Assembly (NCBI GenBank): GCA_964625685.1
Contig: CAZVBO010000003.1
Span: forward strand, 64,298-128,297
DNA length: 64,000 bases
Direction of reading: 5' to 3'
DNA from: an uncultured Pseudomonadales bacterium
GTDB taxonomy: Bacteria > Patescibacteriota > Microgenomatia > UBA1400 > PJMF01
The position numbers and the translations under genes are program-made. Shown piece by piece: positions 29,112-39,002 of the stretch. The notes beneath the pieces are model-generated. The model did not search any database. It was given only the letters and a program-made list of their open reading frames with translations, and was not told the origin of the DNA. How positions within the stretch are numbered: the first letter of the stretch is position 1; every line of letters begins with the position of its first letter.

Positions 29112-29657
29112 ATGAATCACGATTGCTGCAATCCTAAAGATAAAAAACATAACACCAAGAAGGGTCCAGATTCCTTTTTAATTGGAATCATTGTAGTCAC
29201 ACTTCTAATCCTAGGTGGAGCCGTTTACTTTGGCTCCAAAATTGGTGCTACTTCTCAGGTGACGGCCGATTCTCAAGTCAGCATGATGGTGGGAGAAAAT
29301 AGATACGATTGGGGCACTATCGATATCAACGGTGGCACGGTTAGCAAATCTTTTGCTATCGAAAATAAAGGTTCTACCCCACTTAAACTTTACGATATTA
29401 AAACTTCCTGCATGTGTACTACTGCCCAGCTAAAAACAGCGGACCAGACTTCTAAAAAATTTGGCATGCACGAAAAGAACTCCAGCGTCTTTGAGGTCAA
29501 ACCGGGAGAAACAGCCGAACTAGTTGTCGAATTTGATCCGTTGTTCCACGGCCCTAGTGGAGTCGGTCCCATCAGCCGAACCGTGACCATGAATACCAAC
29601 TCAGAGGACAATCCAACTCTATCATTTCAGTTAGCAGCCAATGTGGTTAAAAAATAA
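29112..29657 (+). CDS. DUF1573-type CxC protein (membrane-anchored)
   Basis: IKTSCMCTTAQL core. N-terminal TM helix. Confidence 0.45.
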   Translation: MNHDCCNPKDKKHNTKKGPDSFLIGIIVVTLLILGGAVYFGSKIGATSQVTADSQVSMMVGENRYDWGTIDINGGTVSKSFAIENKGSTPLKLYDIKTSCMCTTAQLKTADQTSKKFGMHEKNSSVFEVKPGETAELVVEFDPLFHGPSGVGPISRTVTMNTNSEDNPTLSFQLAANVVKK

Positions 29658-29664
29658 GGCAAGT

Positions 29665-30426
29665 ATGAATAAAACAAAACTAGTACTGAGTATTCTTGTG
29701 GCAATTATCCTAGCCGGATGGGGAATCCGATGGGTGATGAGTCAAAACCAACAATCCAACAAAACTTCAACACTGACTCAGGAAACAATAAAGGGAGCAA
29801 AAGTTTCTCTCGTTAGCCCACAGGAATTTGCAAAGTTGGCTCAAGCCGAAAATGCTTTTGTGGTTGATGTTCACACGCCGGAGCAAACTCATATTCCTGG
29901 CACAGATGCATTCATTCCAGATACAGAAATTAGTGCCAGAGCTAGTGAATTGCCTCAAGACAAATCCACCCCAATTTTAGTCTATTGTCGCTCCGGCAGT
30001 ATGAGTCAGCGAGCTAGCCAAGAAATAGCCGATTTAGGTTATACCAATGTTTATGATCTAAAAGGTGGCACTAATGCCTACAAAGAACAACAGGTTTCCG
30101 TTCAGCTCTGGCCGAATAAGCAGGAACTAGGCACCGTCATTTATGGTGATGTAGCTACTACCAGCTTTACCCTAACCAACTACAGCCCATTGCCTCTTAA
30201 AATTACCCGTGTTTCTACTTCGTGCGGTTGTACTAAAGCCAGTGTAGACAAGGAAGAATTGGGAGCTTATGAAAGCACAACAGTCAATGTCTCCTTTGAT
30301 CCGGCGGTGCATAAAGATGACACTGACTTGGGCGAGCTAACCAGAACTATTTATGTGGAAACTGACAACCCTAATTATTCTGATTTAGAAACTATAATCA
30401 CAGCCAACGTGATTAAGAAAAATTAA
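29665..30426 (+). CDS. Rhodanese domain fused to a DUF1573-type CxC domain
   Basis: Rhodanese active-site loop VYCRSGSMSQRAS. C-terminal VSTSCGCTKASV. N-terminal TM anchor. Confidence 0.55.
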   Translation: MNKTKLVLSILVAIILAGWGIRWVMSQNQQSNKTSTLTQETIKGAKVSLVSPQEFAKLAQAENAFVVDVHTPEQTHIPGTDAFIPDTEISARASELPQDKSTPILVYCRSGSMSQRASQEIADLGYTNVYDLKGGTNAYKEQQVSVQLWPNKQELGTVIYGDVATTSFTLTNYSPLPLKITRVSTSCGCTKASVDKEELGAYESTTVNVSFDPAVHKDDTDLGELTRTIYVETDNPNYSDLETIITANVIKKN

Positions 30427-30427
30427 G

Positions 30428-31273
30428 ATGGACACCTTATTTCAACTCTCCCTATTAGCTTCATTTATTGCCGGTATGGTGGCTCTGTTTGCTCCCTGCT
30501 GTATTACTTTCCTGCTTCCGGCTTACTTTGCCAACGTTTTCAAAGAGAAAAAGCGGGTTGTCTTAATGACTTTTATTTATTCTTTAGGAATATTTACCGT
30601 TATGTTGCCGGTAGTATTGGGCGCCAAAGCCCTGAGTCAGATGTTCTTCAACCTGCATGATAAAACCTATATCATCGGTGGTTTATTTTTAATCTTTGTC
30701 GGCTTCGGATCATTACTTGGTTTCAAGTTACCCATGCCGCGCTTTAGTTTCACCAAACAAGCTGACGATCCACTTTCAACCTACATTCTGGGAATCATCT
30801 CCGGTATTACTAGCGCCTGCTGCGCACCAGTGTTGATCGGAGTAGTTGCCTTATCAACTCTCAGTCCAACCATGGCCCAGTCGTTACTAGTTGGTTTCTT
30901 TTACGTACTAGGGATGGTCACACCTCTTTATCTAGCCAGTCTATTTATTGATAAAAGAAACTTTCTTGCTAAACCTATCTTTCGTAAACCTTTTAGAGAA
31001 GTAACATTCCTGGGCAAAACTCATATGATTACTGTCTCCAATATGGTCTCGTTTGTAATGTTTGTGGGCATGGGGCTTCTAACTATCTTCCTATCATTAT
31101 CAGGAAAATTGGCTATGAACAGGAGTGAAGAAAGTGTGACTCAAGCGATTCAAAATGTGGCGGTTTCAGTGACCACCTTTGTCCAAAAGATACCAGGGCT
31201 GGATATTATCTTTACCTTGGTAGCCTTCTGGTTACTTTACAAATTCCTAAAGTACATCAATCGGGAGAAATAA
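30428..31273 (+). CDS. CcdA/DsbD-like integral membrane thiol-disulfide transfer protein (two CC pairs in TM helices)
   Basis: LFAPCCITFLLP and ITSACCAPVLIG. Polytopic. Confidence 0.45.
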   Translation: MDTLFQLSLLASFIAGMVALFAPCCITFLLPAYFANVFKEKKRVVLMTFIYSLGIFTVMLPVVLGAKALSQMFFNLHDKTYIIGGLFLIFVGFGSLLGFKLPMPRFSFTKQADDPLSTYILGIISGITSACCAPVLIGVVALSTLSPTMAQSLLVGFFYVLGMVTPLYLASLFIDKRNFLAKPIFRKPFREVTFLGKTHMITVSNMVSFVMFVGMGLLTIFLSLSGKLAMNRSEESVTQAIQNVAVSVTTFVQKIPGLDIIFTLVAFWLLYKFLKYINREK

Positions 31274-31277
31274 TCTC

Positions 31278-31553
31278 TTATTTCGAGGCAATTAGGTTAT
31301 AAACAAACACAAACGAGTAAACTCCCAAGAAACTGATTGCGGCCGCTTCAATCATTCCGCCAACCAATCCCATAAAGCTTAGATTGAAAAACATATGCCA
31401 GGAAGCCATCGCTTCAGCTGCTGATACATAAAGTCCCATCTTGGCTAGTACCCAAAGCAATAGCATTACTAAAGCTGACCAAACTGCCAAAGCAGTTGCT
31501 GCGGGCTGAGCATTAAGCTTCCCTCTTCTGTTATGCATATTTTGCATGTTCAC
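31278..31553 (-). CDS. Small membrane protein (91 aa)
   Basis: Two hydrophobic helices. Confidence 0.3.
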   Translation of the reverse strand: MNMQNMHNRRGKLNAQPAATALAVWSALVMLLLWVLAKMGLYVSAAEAMASWHMFFNLSFMGLVGGMIEAAAISFLGVYSFVFVYNLIASK

Positions 31554-31565
31554 CTCCTTTTTAAT

Positions 31566-32018
31566 TTATAATTGCCAACTAAAATCCTCAGTTTCATTAT
31601 CAACCCCTTCAAGAGTCAGTGTCAATTGTTTTGGGTCTCCGTTAAGGGGAGTAAAAATCAATTGTCCTGAAAGGTGATGCCCACTGTTTCCACCGGTCCA
31701 TGTCGCGGGCTTATAAGTATTGCCACTATCATCCGCTAACATTGCGATTTGGGTATAGTCATAATTTAACTCTACCGAGTGAGTATTCATCGACAATTCA
31801 AAAACAATATCCTTCCCTGGTTGTATCGAAACCGGCTTTACCTCAACTTCTACTGCACCCATGGTTTTGGATTGCGATGATATTCCTGAAGCTTGCACAT
31901 TTGTTTCTATTGTCGGGGAAGTCGTTGCAGAAGCTTCCTGTTTCTGTTTTGCCGTTATTCCAAAAACAACCACTCCCGCAAGAACAAGCAGGATGATAAA
32001 AAATATTTTTGAATTCAT
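31566..32018 (-). CDS. Secreted/anchored hypothetical protein (150 aa)
   Basis: N-terminal signal/TM. No family recognised. Confidence 0.35.
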   Translation of the reverse strand: MNSKIFFIILLVLAGVVVFGITAKQKQEASATTSPTIETNVQASGISSQSKTMGAVEVEVKPVSIQPGKDIVFELSMNTHSVELNYDYTQIAMLADDSGNTYKPATWTGGNSGHHLSGQLIFTPLNGDPKQLTLTLEGVDNETEDFSWQL

Positions 32019-32527
32019 AACACCTCCTTTTGTTTATGAGAAATCGAGTTAAAGATAACTGCTAACTTAGGACGGCCAGTAATAAACCAGAGCATCATGC
32101 CGACCCTTATCAGATTAGCCAGAACGCCAAAAATCAAAAGTTGCTCTTGATACTCGCTCAAAAATAAGGCAGCGGCAGATAAACCCAATATGGGCAAAAG
32201 ATCAACAGCATGATGAGCACAGCAGGCCACCATGGCCATGCCAGAAACGGCAGTACTAGTACCAGCTGCCATTTTAGAATCTTTCTTCTCCTGAAGATTA
32301 AAATGAATGCCTTTTCGCATCAGCCAGAATAACCCCATCTGAACTCCAAAACCGACAATCAACAGGCTCATCCAAGGTTGAAATAGTACAAATTGAGTTA
32401 GGGGATGATTAGGATCTCCGGTTACAACAAAAAGAAGCAGGTAATAAAAAGCACTTAATCCCAGTAACCCTAAAAAGAATCCCTGAATAAAGATTGACCA
32501 AGGTCTGCTCGAAGCATTACTTAACAT
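32015..32527 (-). CDS. Membrane protein with a CCAHH motif (possible metal ligand)
   Basis: Polytopic. AMVACCAHHAV. Stop/start overlap with the neighbouring gene. Confidence 0.35.
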   Translation of the reverse strand: MLSNASSRPWSIFIQGFFLGLLGLSAFYYLLLFVVTGDPNHPLTQFVLFQPWMSLLIVGFGVQMGLFWLMRKGIHFNLQEKKDSKMAAGTSTAVSGMAMVACCAHHAVDLLPILGLSAAALFLSEYQEQLLIFGVLANLIRVGMMLWFITGRPKLAVIFNSISHKQKEVL

Positions 32528-32567
32528 GATTTCACTATACGAGAGCTAAGATGAAACCAGGATGAAA

Positions 32568-34706
32568 TTAAACCTCTAACCTTACCTTACGGAGTGTCAT
32601 GGCATTTATCACCACAATTACCGAAGACATACTCATCAATAGTGCTCCGACTGCAGGGGTCAGTCTAAAACCAAAAGGAATAAATAATCCTGCTGCGGCC
32701 GGAATAGCCAGGACGTTATATCCCAGCGCCCAGAAAAGATTTTGCAGCATCTTGGAATACACTTTGCGAGATAAAATAATTAAGCGAACAATATGCTGAG
32801 GGTTTGATTGGGTCAGAACAATATCCCCAGCTTCCACCGCTACATCAGTGCCTGCACCAATCGCCACACCAGCATTAGCCTGAGTCAGAGCAGGGGCATC
32901 GTTAACTCCGTCTCCAGCCATGACTACTACATTACCTTTATCTTGTAACTCCCTGATGTGCTTATATTTGTCTTCAGGTAATACTTCGGCAAAGACCGTA
33001 TCAATTCCTAATTGCTTTGCTATCGGGGTAGCCGCCGCCTGACTATCGCCGGTGAGCATCGCTACTTTTACTCCCAATTTATGAAGCTCTTCCACCGCCT
33101 GTTTGGATTCCGGCTTAACCTGATCACTGAGAGCAATTACTCCCAGAACTTTGTCCTTATCCGCCACAAAAACAGGTGTCTTCCCTTCTGAGGAAAGCTC
33201 GTCATAAACTGTAGCAACTTCTTTATTCCAAACTTTCCTCTCTTCCATTAGACGTTTATTACCCAAGAAATATTGTTGCCCACTATAAATGCCTTCCATA
33301 CCCTTGCCGGCCAGATTTTTAATTTTTGTTGCCTCAGAATAATTTACTTTCTTTTCTTTCAGATGCGAAACAATCGCCATCCCGATAACATGAGACGAAT
33401 GAGACTCAATGCTACCAGCGATTTGTAACAGTTTCTTTTCATCTCCCGAGAGCGTATGTATACCCGTCACTCCGAATTCTCCTTTAGTTAAAGTGCCGGT
33501 TTTATCAAAAACCACATAATCGGCATTTTTAACTACCTCAATCTTGCCCATGTCTTTAATAAAGACTCCGTTTTTGACTGCCAGTCGGGTAGCAATGGTT
33601 GAAACGGTGGGGATAGCCAACCCCAAAGCATGAGGACAGGCAATCACCAACACAGTAATAGCTAAGGTAGCCGCAAAGACAAACGGCTGACCCACAACCA
33701 CAGCCCAAATAAACAAAGATAAGATAGAAACACTCAAGGCAACAAATGTTAACCATTTAGCAGCCCGGTCGGCTAGTTTTTGGGCGGAAGGCTTGGTTTG
33801 TTTGGCTTCGGAAATTAGATTCTGAATCTGGCCAATGGTGGACGATTCGCCAACGCGCATCAGTCTAACTTCTACAGAGCCATCAATACTGATGGCTCCG
33901 GCTACTATTTCCATACCAGTCTCTTTTTCAACAGGTTTTGATTCACCGGTAATATGAGCCTCGTTAAAATTTCCATTACCTTTAACAATCTCACCATCGG
34001 CTGGGACTTTCTCCCCAGGTTTCACAATCACCACATCACCTTCTTTTAGTGAGGCGAGTTCTACTTCTTTAACACCATTCTTAGTTTTCAAATGGGCTTC
34101 TTTCGGCAATAACTTGGCAACTTCCTTTAAGGCGTCTCCAGCCGCTGTTGAAGACTTGGCTTCCAGGAAATGACCAAACAACAGTACCCAGATCAGAGTA
34201 GAAATTTCCAGATAGAACTCGGTGCTAATGGCAGGAATAAAGGTCGAAGCGGCAGAGAAAAGATAGCCGGCACCGACTCCCAAGGAAACAAGCGTCATCA
34301 TCCCGTACTGCTTCATCTGAATTTCCATCTTGGCGTGCTCAAAGAAAACCAAACCAAAATAGAAGATGACGGTAGCAATACCAAACTCCAGCAAAGAACG
34401 CAGAGCAAAGTCAGGTACTCCCAGAAACTTAACCGCCGGTTCGGAGAAAATGGCTAGAGGGACAAGCAAAGCAGTGACTATGAAGAATCGCTTCAAAAAG
34501 TCGGCTGCCGCTTCCGGACTAGCCATCATGCTGGCATGGTCATGCTCAGCGTGCCCTGAATCCATGTCACTTTTCTTGACTAAATCCATGCCACCACACT
34601 TGGGACACTTACCCGGCTTATCTTCTTTGATTTCAGGATGCATAGGGCAGGTGTAGTAGTCCCTGCCACCTTCGTGCTGGTGATTATGATCCATATTGTG
34701 TTTCAT
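32568..34706 (-). CDS. Copper-translocating P1B-type ATPase, CopB-like (CPH motif) with a His-rich N-terminus and a CPMHP...CPKCGM heavy-metal-binding domain
   Basis: MKHNMDHNHQHEGG...YYTCPMHPE...CPKCGG. TM motif IACPHALGLA, phosphorylation site DKTGTLT, hinge GDGVNDAPAL. Confidence 0.85.
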   Translation of the reverse strand: MKHNMDHNHQHEGGRDYYTCPMHPEIKEDKPGKCPKCGGMDLVKKSDMDSGHAEHDHASMMASPEAAADFLKRFFIVTALLVPLAIFSEPAVKFLGVPDFALRSLLEFGIATVIFYFGLVFFEHAKMEIQMKQYGMMTLVSLGVGAGYLFSAASTFIPAISTEFYLEISTLIWVLLFGHFLEAKSSTAAGDALKEVAKLLPKEAHLKTKNGVKEVELASLKEGDVVIVKPGEKVPADGEIVKGNGNFNEAHITGESKPVEKETGMEIVAGAISIDGSVEVRLMRVGESSTIGQIQNLISEAKQTKPSAQKLADRAAKWLTFVALSVSILSLFIWAVVVGQPFVFAATLAITVLVIACPHALGLAIPTVSTIATRLAVKNGVFIKDMGKIEVVKNADYVVFDKTGTLTKGEFGVTGIHTLSGDEKKLLQIAGSIESHSSHVIGMAIVSHLKEKKVNYSEATKIKNLAGKGMEGIYSGQQYFLGNKRLMEERKVWNKEVATVYDELSSEGKTPVFVADKDKVLGVIALSDQVKPESKQAVEELHKLGVKVAMLTGDSQAAATPIAKQLGIDTVFAEVLPEDKYKHIRELQDKGNVVVMAGDGVNDAPALTQANAGVAIGAGTDVAVEAGDIVLTQSNPQHIVRLIILSRKVYSKMLQNLFWALGYNVLAIPAAAGLFIPFGFRLTPAVGALLMSMSSVIVVINAMTLRKVRLEV

Positions 34707-34712
34707 TTTTAT

Positions 34713-35303
34713 TTACTTTTTATGCGCTCTTCGAAGGAAAAAGTACGTACCGGAAGCCAAGAAAGCGATTGCCATAATCCAAGTTACTGTCCCCAAAATT
34801 CCATAGCCACCGTAACCCATCATCGAACCAAAGCCCATCATTCCGGTTGGGGCATTAAAATTACGATTATTGTTATAGCCCATCATGTCTCCACCCATCA
34901 TCATTCCTGGTCCATAGTTGGTATTACCGTATCCTAAATAAGCTTGCCCCATATTGATATGCATCTGCCTCAAAGACTCTGAACCTTCGCCACCCATCAT
35001 TCGGTCCATAACTTCGTGGGCTTCACCTGGATGCTGGAGTTCCATGACCGCATCACCCAAACGTTCCCAATCATCGTCACTAACTTTGGAAAGATCAAGT
35101 TCCTGAACTGTCGACACATTCTGAGATTCAAGAATACCCTGCAACACGACTTCCACTGACTCAGCGTGACCTTCTTTCGTCTCCACCTCAGTTTCCTCGT
35201 TATCTAAACCCATCATTGAACCCATTTGAGCATGAGCCAAACGAGTGTTTAGAAAAAACAAACTGCTAAAAATTACAAAACTGGCAAGAATTATTTTCTT
35301 CAT
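34713..35303 (-). CDS. Secreted Met/Gly-rich protein with a C-terminal TM anchor (putative Cu-binding, low complexity)
   Basis: Signal peptide. MMG/GY repeats. Paralogous to 36209-36890. Confidence 0.4.
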   Translation of the reverse strand: MKKIILASFVIFSSLFFLNTRLAHAQMGSMMGLDNEETEVETKEGHAESVEVVLQGILESQNVSTVQELDLSKVSDDDWERLGDAVMELQHPGEAHEVMDRMMGGEGSESLRQMHINMGQAYLGYGNTNYGPGMMMGGDMMGYNNNRNFNAPTGMMGFGSMMGYGGYGILGTVTWIMAIAFLASGTYFFLRRAHKK

Positions 35304-35317
35304 ATTTGATTCCCTTC

Positions 35318-35716
35318 TTAACTAACCGCCTGGTGCAGGGCAGCACTAAGTTTTGATTCTACTTCCCGAGCTATCTTTGCTACAGTCACATTTTCCGATA
35401 ACATCAAAGCGGCTGTCGGTTTCATCACACCTATGTATACTGTACCATTTTCCTCATAAACGATCACGTTGCAAGGCAACAATAAACCAACTTCTTTCTC
35501 TGCCTGGAGAGCCTTATAAGCATTGGGAGGATTGCATGCTCCCAGAATTACATAATTGGGATAGTCAATGTTAAGCTTTTTCTTCAAAGCTTCTTTGACA
35601 TCTATCCGAGTTAGAATCCCAAAGCCTTGTTTTTCGAGTTCCTGAGTAATGGCAGTAACAGCCTCTTCGAAGGCGCCATCATATTTTTGTTTGATTGAAT
35701 AGATAGGTTGATTCAT
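35318..35716 (-). CDS. DUF302 domain protein
   Basis: ...GFGILTRIDV...YVILGACNP... typical DUF302 pattern. 132 aa. Confidence 0.55.
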   Translation of the reverse strand: MNQPIYSIKQKYDGAFEEAVTAITQELEKQGFGILTRIDVKEALKKKLNIDYPNYVILGACNPPNAYKALQAEKEVGLLLPCNVIVYEENGTVYIGVMKPTAALMLSENVTVAKIAREVESKLSAALHQAVS

Positions 35717-35719
35717 AGT

Positions 35720-35923
35720 TTATTCTCCGATATATTTTTCCGGATCATCTTTAAAATGCTTTTGACAATGATCTGAGCAAAAATAATAGGTTTTACCTTT
35801 ATAATTTGCTTTGTATTGCGTTTGACCAGTAATCTCCATGCCGCAAACCAAATCTATTTCATTAGCTTTAGTTTCAACTTGCATCCCCATTTTTGATAAA
35901 AGCTTGTCTGTTAGTTTAGTCAT
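35720..35923 (-). CDS. YHS-domain metal-binding protein
   Basis: CGMEI...YYFCSDHCQKHFKDDPEKY. Confidence 0.55.
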   Translation of the reverse strand: MTKLTDKLLSKMGMQVETKANEIDLVCGMEITGQTQYKANYKGKTYYFCSDHCQKHFKDDPEKYIGE

Positions 35924-35992
35924 ATTTGTTCCTTATTTAACTGATCTACGGCAACTATATACCAGCAAAGATGAAACCAAGATGAAATACCA

Positions 35993-36202
35993 CTATTGAG
36001 TAGTCTCATCCTGTTTAGGAGGGCATTTAGAATCAGCATAAGAGCAAAAAACACAACATTCTCCTTCTTTGGGCTTGAGGACTTCATCGCAATTAGTGCA
36101 CTTGTAAAAATGCTGGCAGGCATCAGTGGGCATCTGTTCTTCTTTTTCGAAACCACACTTTGGACAGGTAATGGTGGCTTTTGTTTTTATTTTTTTATCC
36201 AT
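35993..36202 (-). CDS. Small Cys-rich protein (9 Cys in 69 aa), putative metal-binding
   Basis: CPKCG...C..C..C..CC.FC...C. Confidence 0.4.
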   Translation of the reverse strand: MDKKIKTKATITCPKCGFEKEEQMPTDACQHFYKCTNCDEVLKPKEGECCVFCSYADSKCPPKQDETTQ

Positions 36203-36208
36203 AGATTT

Positions 36209-36890
36209 TTATGTTAAATCTTTCTTCTTTTTTTCAAACTCTTTTTTTTCAATTTCTCCCTTGGCGTAGCGTTCTTTGAGGATTTCAAGAGCAGATTTAT
36301 CTTGTGTTTGGCTTTTTCCCTGATTAGCTATCCATTTGATCAAGGCGATAATGCCTACAATAATCAGCCCCCAGAACAAGATCATAAAGACCCAGCCAAA
36401 ACCCCAACCAAGTAAACCCATTGGGTTAGTACCGAAATTTCCCATCATATAATTTCCTCCTCCTCCCATCATACCCATCATTGGTATCATTCCGCCACCT
36501 ATCATTGTTTGAGGTATGGGAGCATCAGCTTCACACCCGCTCATCCGTTTACCCATCCCAATGTGCATTTGATCTGCACCCTCCTCACCCATCATTCGCT
36601 CCATCATTGAATCCATTTCCTCATGAGATTCACCAGCCATCAAACCCATAAAGTACATGCCCAGATTATGAAAATCATCATCTGACAAATTCTCACACCC
36701 TATCTCTTGTGCCTGTAACTTGTCCCAAATTCCTTTTCCCTCGGCCTCTCCCTCGGCGGTATGGCCATCGCTTGACTGCTCACCGGAATTATTTACTCCC
36801 ATCATATTCATTATTCCCTGAGCGCCTACAAAAGAGGGAGAGAATAAACCGAAAAGAGTGATTAAAATCAAACTGATAAGAACTTGTTTC
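36209..36890 (-). CDS. Secreted Met/Gly-rich protein with a C-terminal TM and SHOCT-like tail
   Basis: Start taken at MKQVLISL. MMG repeats. TM WVFMILFWGLIIVGIIALI, then ...LKERYAKGEIEKKEFEKKKKDL. Confidence 0.4.
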
Positions 36891-36896
36891 ATGGTT

Positions 36897-37279
36897 TTAC
36901 TTAGATTTATCAATAATGCTTCTGATAGTCTTATCAACTTCCTCAGACAAACTTCCTAACTTGGCTTCAGGGAAAAATTGCGGCAACACAATCGGTCTCA
37001 TGCCTGAAATGAATGTTTTGCCGTCTTTGACATAAACATTGATTTTGCAGGGGAGACAAAGGCCAATTCTAATATCAGCCTGCAGTACGGTATAAGCACT
37101 TTTGGCATTGCAAATCTCGATGATTTTAAACGGTCCGATTTCAAAACCTTTGGCACCGATTGTTTTTTGGACATCATGGATATGTATACCTTAAATCCCG
37201 CTTTAGCAGTTTCTTCCTCCACAGCAGAAATTGCCCTGTTAAATGTTTTCTTGGTTTTGACTGTATAATCAAATTCCAT
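36897..37279 (-). pseudogene. DUF302 family gene disrupted by a frameshift
   Basis: Frame A gives MEFDYTVKTKKTFNRAISAVEEETAKAGFKVYI.... Frame B continues HDVQKTIGAKGFEIGPFKIIEICNAKSAYTVLQ...LPCKINVYVKDGKTFISGMRP.... Both parts match the intact paralog at 35318-35716. The junction lies near 37190-37200. Confidence 0.45.
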
Positions 37280-38159
37280 GGTAACCATTATTACACTCAA
37301 TCCCCGAACAGTACTCTTTTGTCTCTAGCTCTATAGTAGAGTGCTCTATGTGATGATTTGAAAGCTCGTCTTTGATGACTTTTCTAGTCTTGTCAGTATC
37401 TTTCAAAAGACTTTCGTCAACAACTATATGTCCCGTAAAGATATCCGTCTCGCCCTCCAGTGACCAAACATGAATATCATGGACTCCCAATACGCCCTTT
37501 GTTTTCATCAACCCCTCTTTAATATGATTTATGTCAATATGCCCAGGAACGCCTTGCAAAAATATATTTAGGGTTTCTTTAAGGTTCTTACCCACACCCC
37601 AGAGAATAAAGACCGTATAACCAATAGTCATTATCGGATCAACGATATGGCTGTCCCAAAAAAGAATAATGATACTACCTATAAGAACAACAACCCATCC
37701 TAATACATCTTCCAATAAATGCCAGGTTAACACCTTTTCATTCATGCTGGCGCCTCTTTTTAATCTCAAAGCGCCCGCTCCATTAACAACGACACCCAAT
37801 ACTGCCAGAAGAATCATACCCTGGGCATTAACGTGCTCGGGATTAATAAGGCGGGGAATGGCTCTTGAGAGAATAAAAAGTGAGCCTCCGGTAAGCACTA
37901 TCCCTGCAAAGATTGCAGATAAAAGGGATAATCGCTGGTAGCCGAAAGTACGCCGCTGATCGGGTTCCTTTTGAGACTTTTTCTCTAAAACATACGAAGA
38001 AATTAAAGTAACCGAATCACCAAAATCATGCAGGGCATCTGATAGGATTGTTAAACTGTTTGTTAATAATCCTCCGACAACTTCTACAACTGTAAAGAAA
38101 ATATTTAGAGCGACTACAACTTTGATATTTTCTGATCTTTTGTTTTCGTGATTGTGCAT
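37269..38159 (-). CDS. Cation diffusion facilitator (CzcD-like) metal efflux protein
   Basis: Six TM helices with an HDxxD-like LHDFGD motif. C-terminal cytoplasmic domain. Confidence 0.75.
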   Translation of the reverse strand: MHNHENKRSENIKVVVALNIFFTVVEVVGGLLTNSLTILSDALHDFGDSVTLISSYVLEKKSQKEPDQRRTFGYQRLSLLSAIFAGIVLTGGSLFILSRAIPRLINPEHVNAQGMILLAVLGVVVNGAGALRLKRGASMNEKVLTWHLLEDVLGWVVVLIGSIIILFWDSHIVDPIMTIGYTVFILWGVGKNLKETLNIFLQGVPGHIDINHIKEGLMKTKGVLGVHDIHVWSLEGETDIFTGHIVVDESLLKDTDKTRKVIKDELSNHHIEHSTIELETKEYCSGIECNNGYHGI

Positions 38160-38307
38160 ACAACAATTGTAACAGCCAAGCTCTTGGTGTTCACTCTTGA
38201 TTCCTCTAGCCCCTCACAACTTCTTTCTGTAAAAATAGAAAACTATGTCTTTTGAAGATTTGCGTTTTCCTAAAATAAAGAATGGTGAGGTGAGTCACCA
38301 TCTCTCT

Positions 38308-38961
38308 TTATTTGACAACTTTCGTACCAGTTACCAAACGCGATGCACTAATGTGTTTTTCTTGGGTAGAGGAAAATCCAGTTTCTCGCAGAGCTTCTTC
38401 CAAGTCCTCCTTTATAAACTCGAAGACAGAGCGTGGCTCAAAGAATCGTAAATAAAGAGAGAGTGGATACTTAGACCAATTAGTAACTTGACGAACATCC
38501 AAAATTACAATTTTCCCGTCGGTTTTGAGAGTGCGGAAAGCCTCTTTTAATGCCGCATCTCTTTCATCCTTTGGCATTTCGTGCAGCGCAAACGAGATTG
38601 TAACAGCGTCAAAATAAGAATTAGGGAACGGTAAATTCTGCGCTGTTCCCTCCATAAAAGATATGTTAGGAAGCTCGCCAGCCTTCCTTGTGGCAACATT
38701 AAGCATATCTGATGAGAGATCCAGACCAAACACCTGAGAAGTCGATCTAGCTTTGGCTAGCCGGGTAGTTACTGTGCCTGTTCCACAGCATAAATCCAAA
38801 ATATTTCCATCTCTATCAATCTCCTCAATGACCGCCCCTCTTAAACGTTCAGCTTGGGGAAATAATTCAAAGAGGTCGTAAAACCTTGCCCAGTTGCCAA
38901 ATTTCCTTTTTGTTTCATTGTGAAGCGCTTGTTGTCTTGTGTTTTTCATTCTCTCTGACAT
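38308..38961 (-). CDS. Class I SAM-dependent methyltransferase
   Basis: Motif I ILDLCCGTGTVT. UbiE/COQ5-like. Confidence 0.6.
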   Translation of the reverse strand: MSERMKNTRQQALHNETKRKFGNWARFYDLFELFPQAERLRGAVIEEIDRDGNILDLCCGTGTVTTRLAKARSTSQVFGLDLSSDMLNVATRKAGELPNISFMEGTAQNLPFPNSYFDAVTISFALHEMPKDERDAALKEAFRTLKTDGKIVILDVRQVTNWSKYPLSLYLRFFEPRSVFEFIKEDLEEALRETGFSSTQEKHISASRLVTGTKVVK

Positions 38962-39002
38962 GGATTTTAAATAACTTTCCTCCGAAATTTATTTTTCTTT
39001 AA

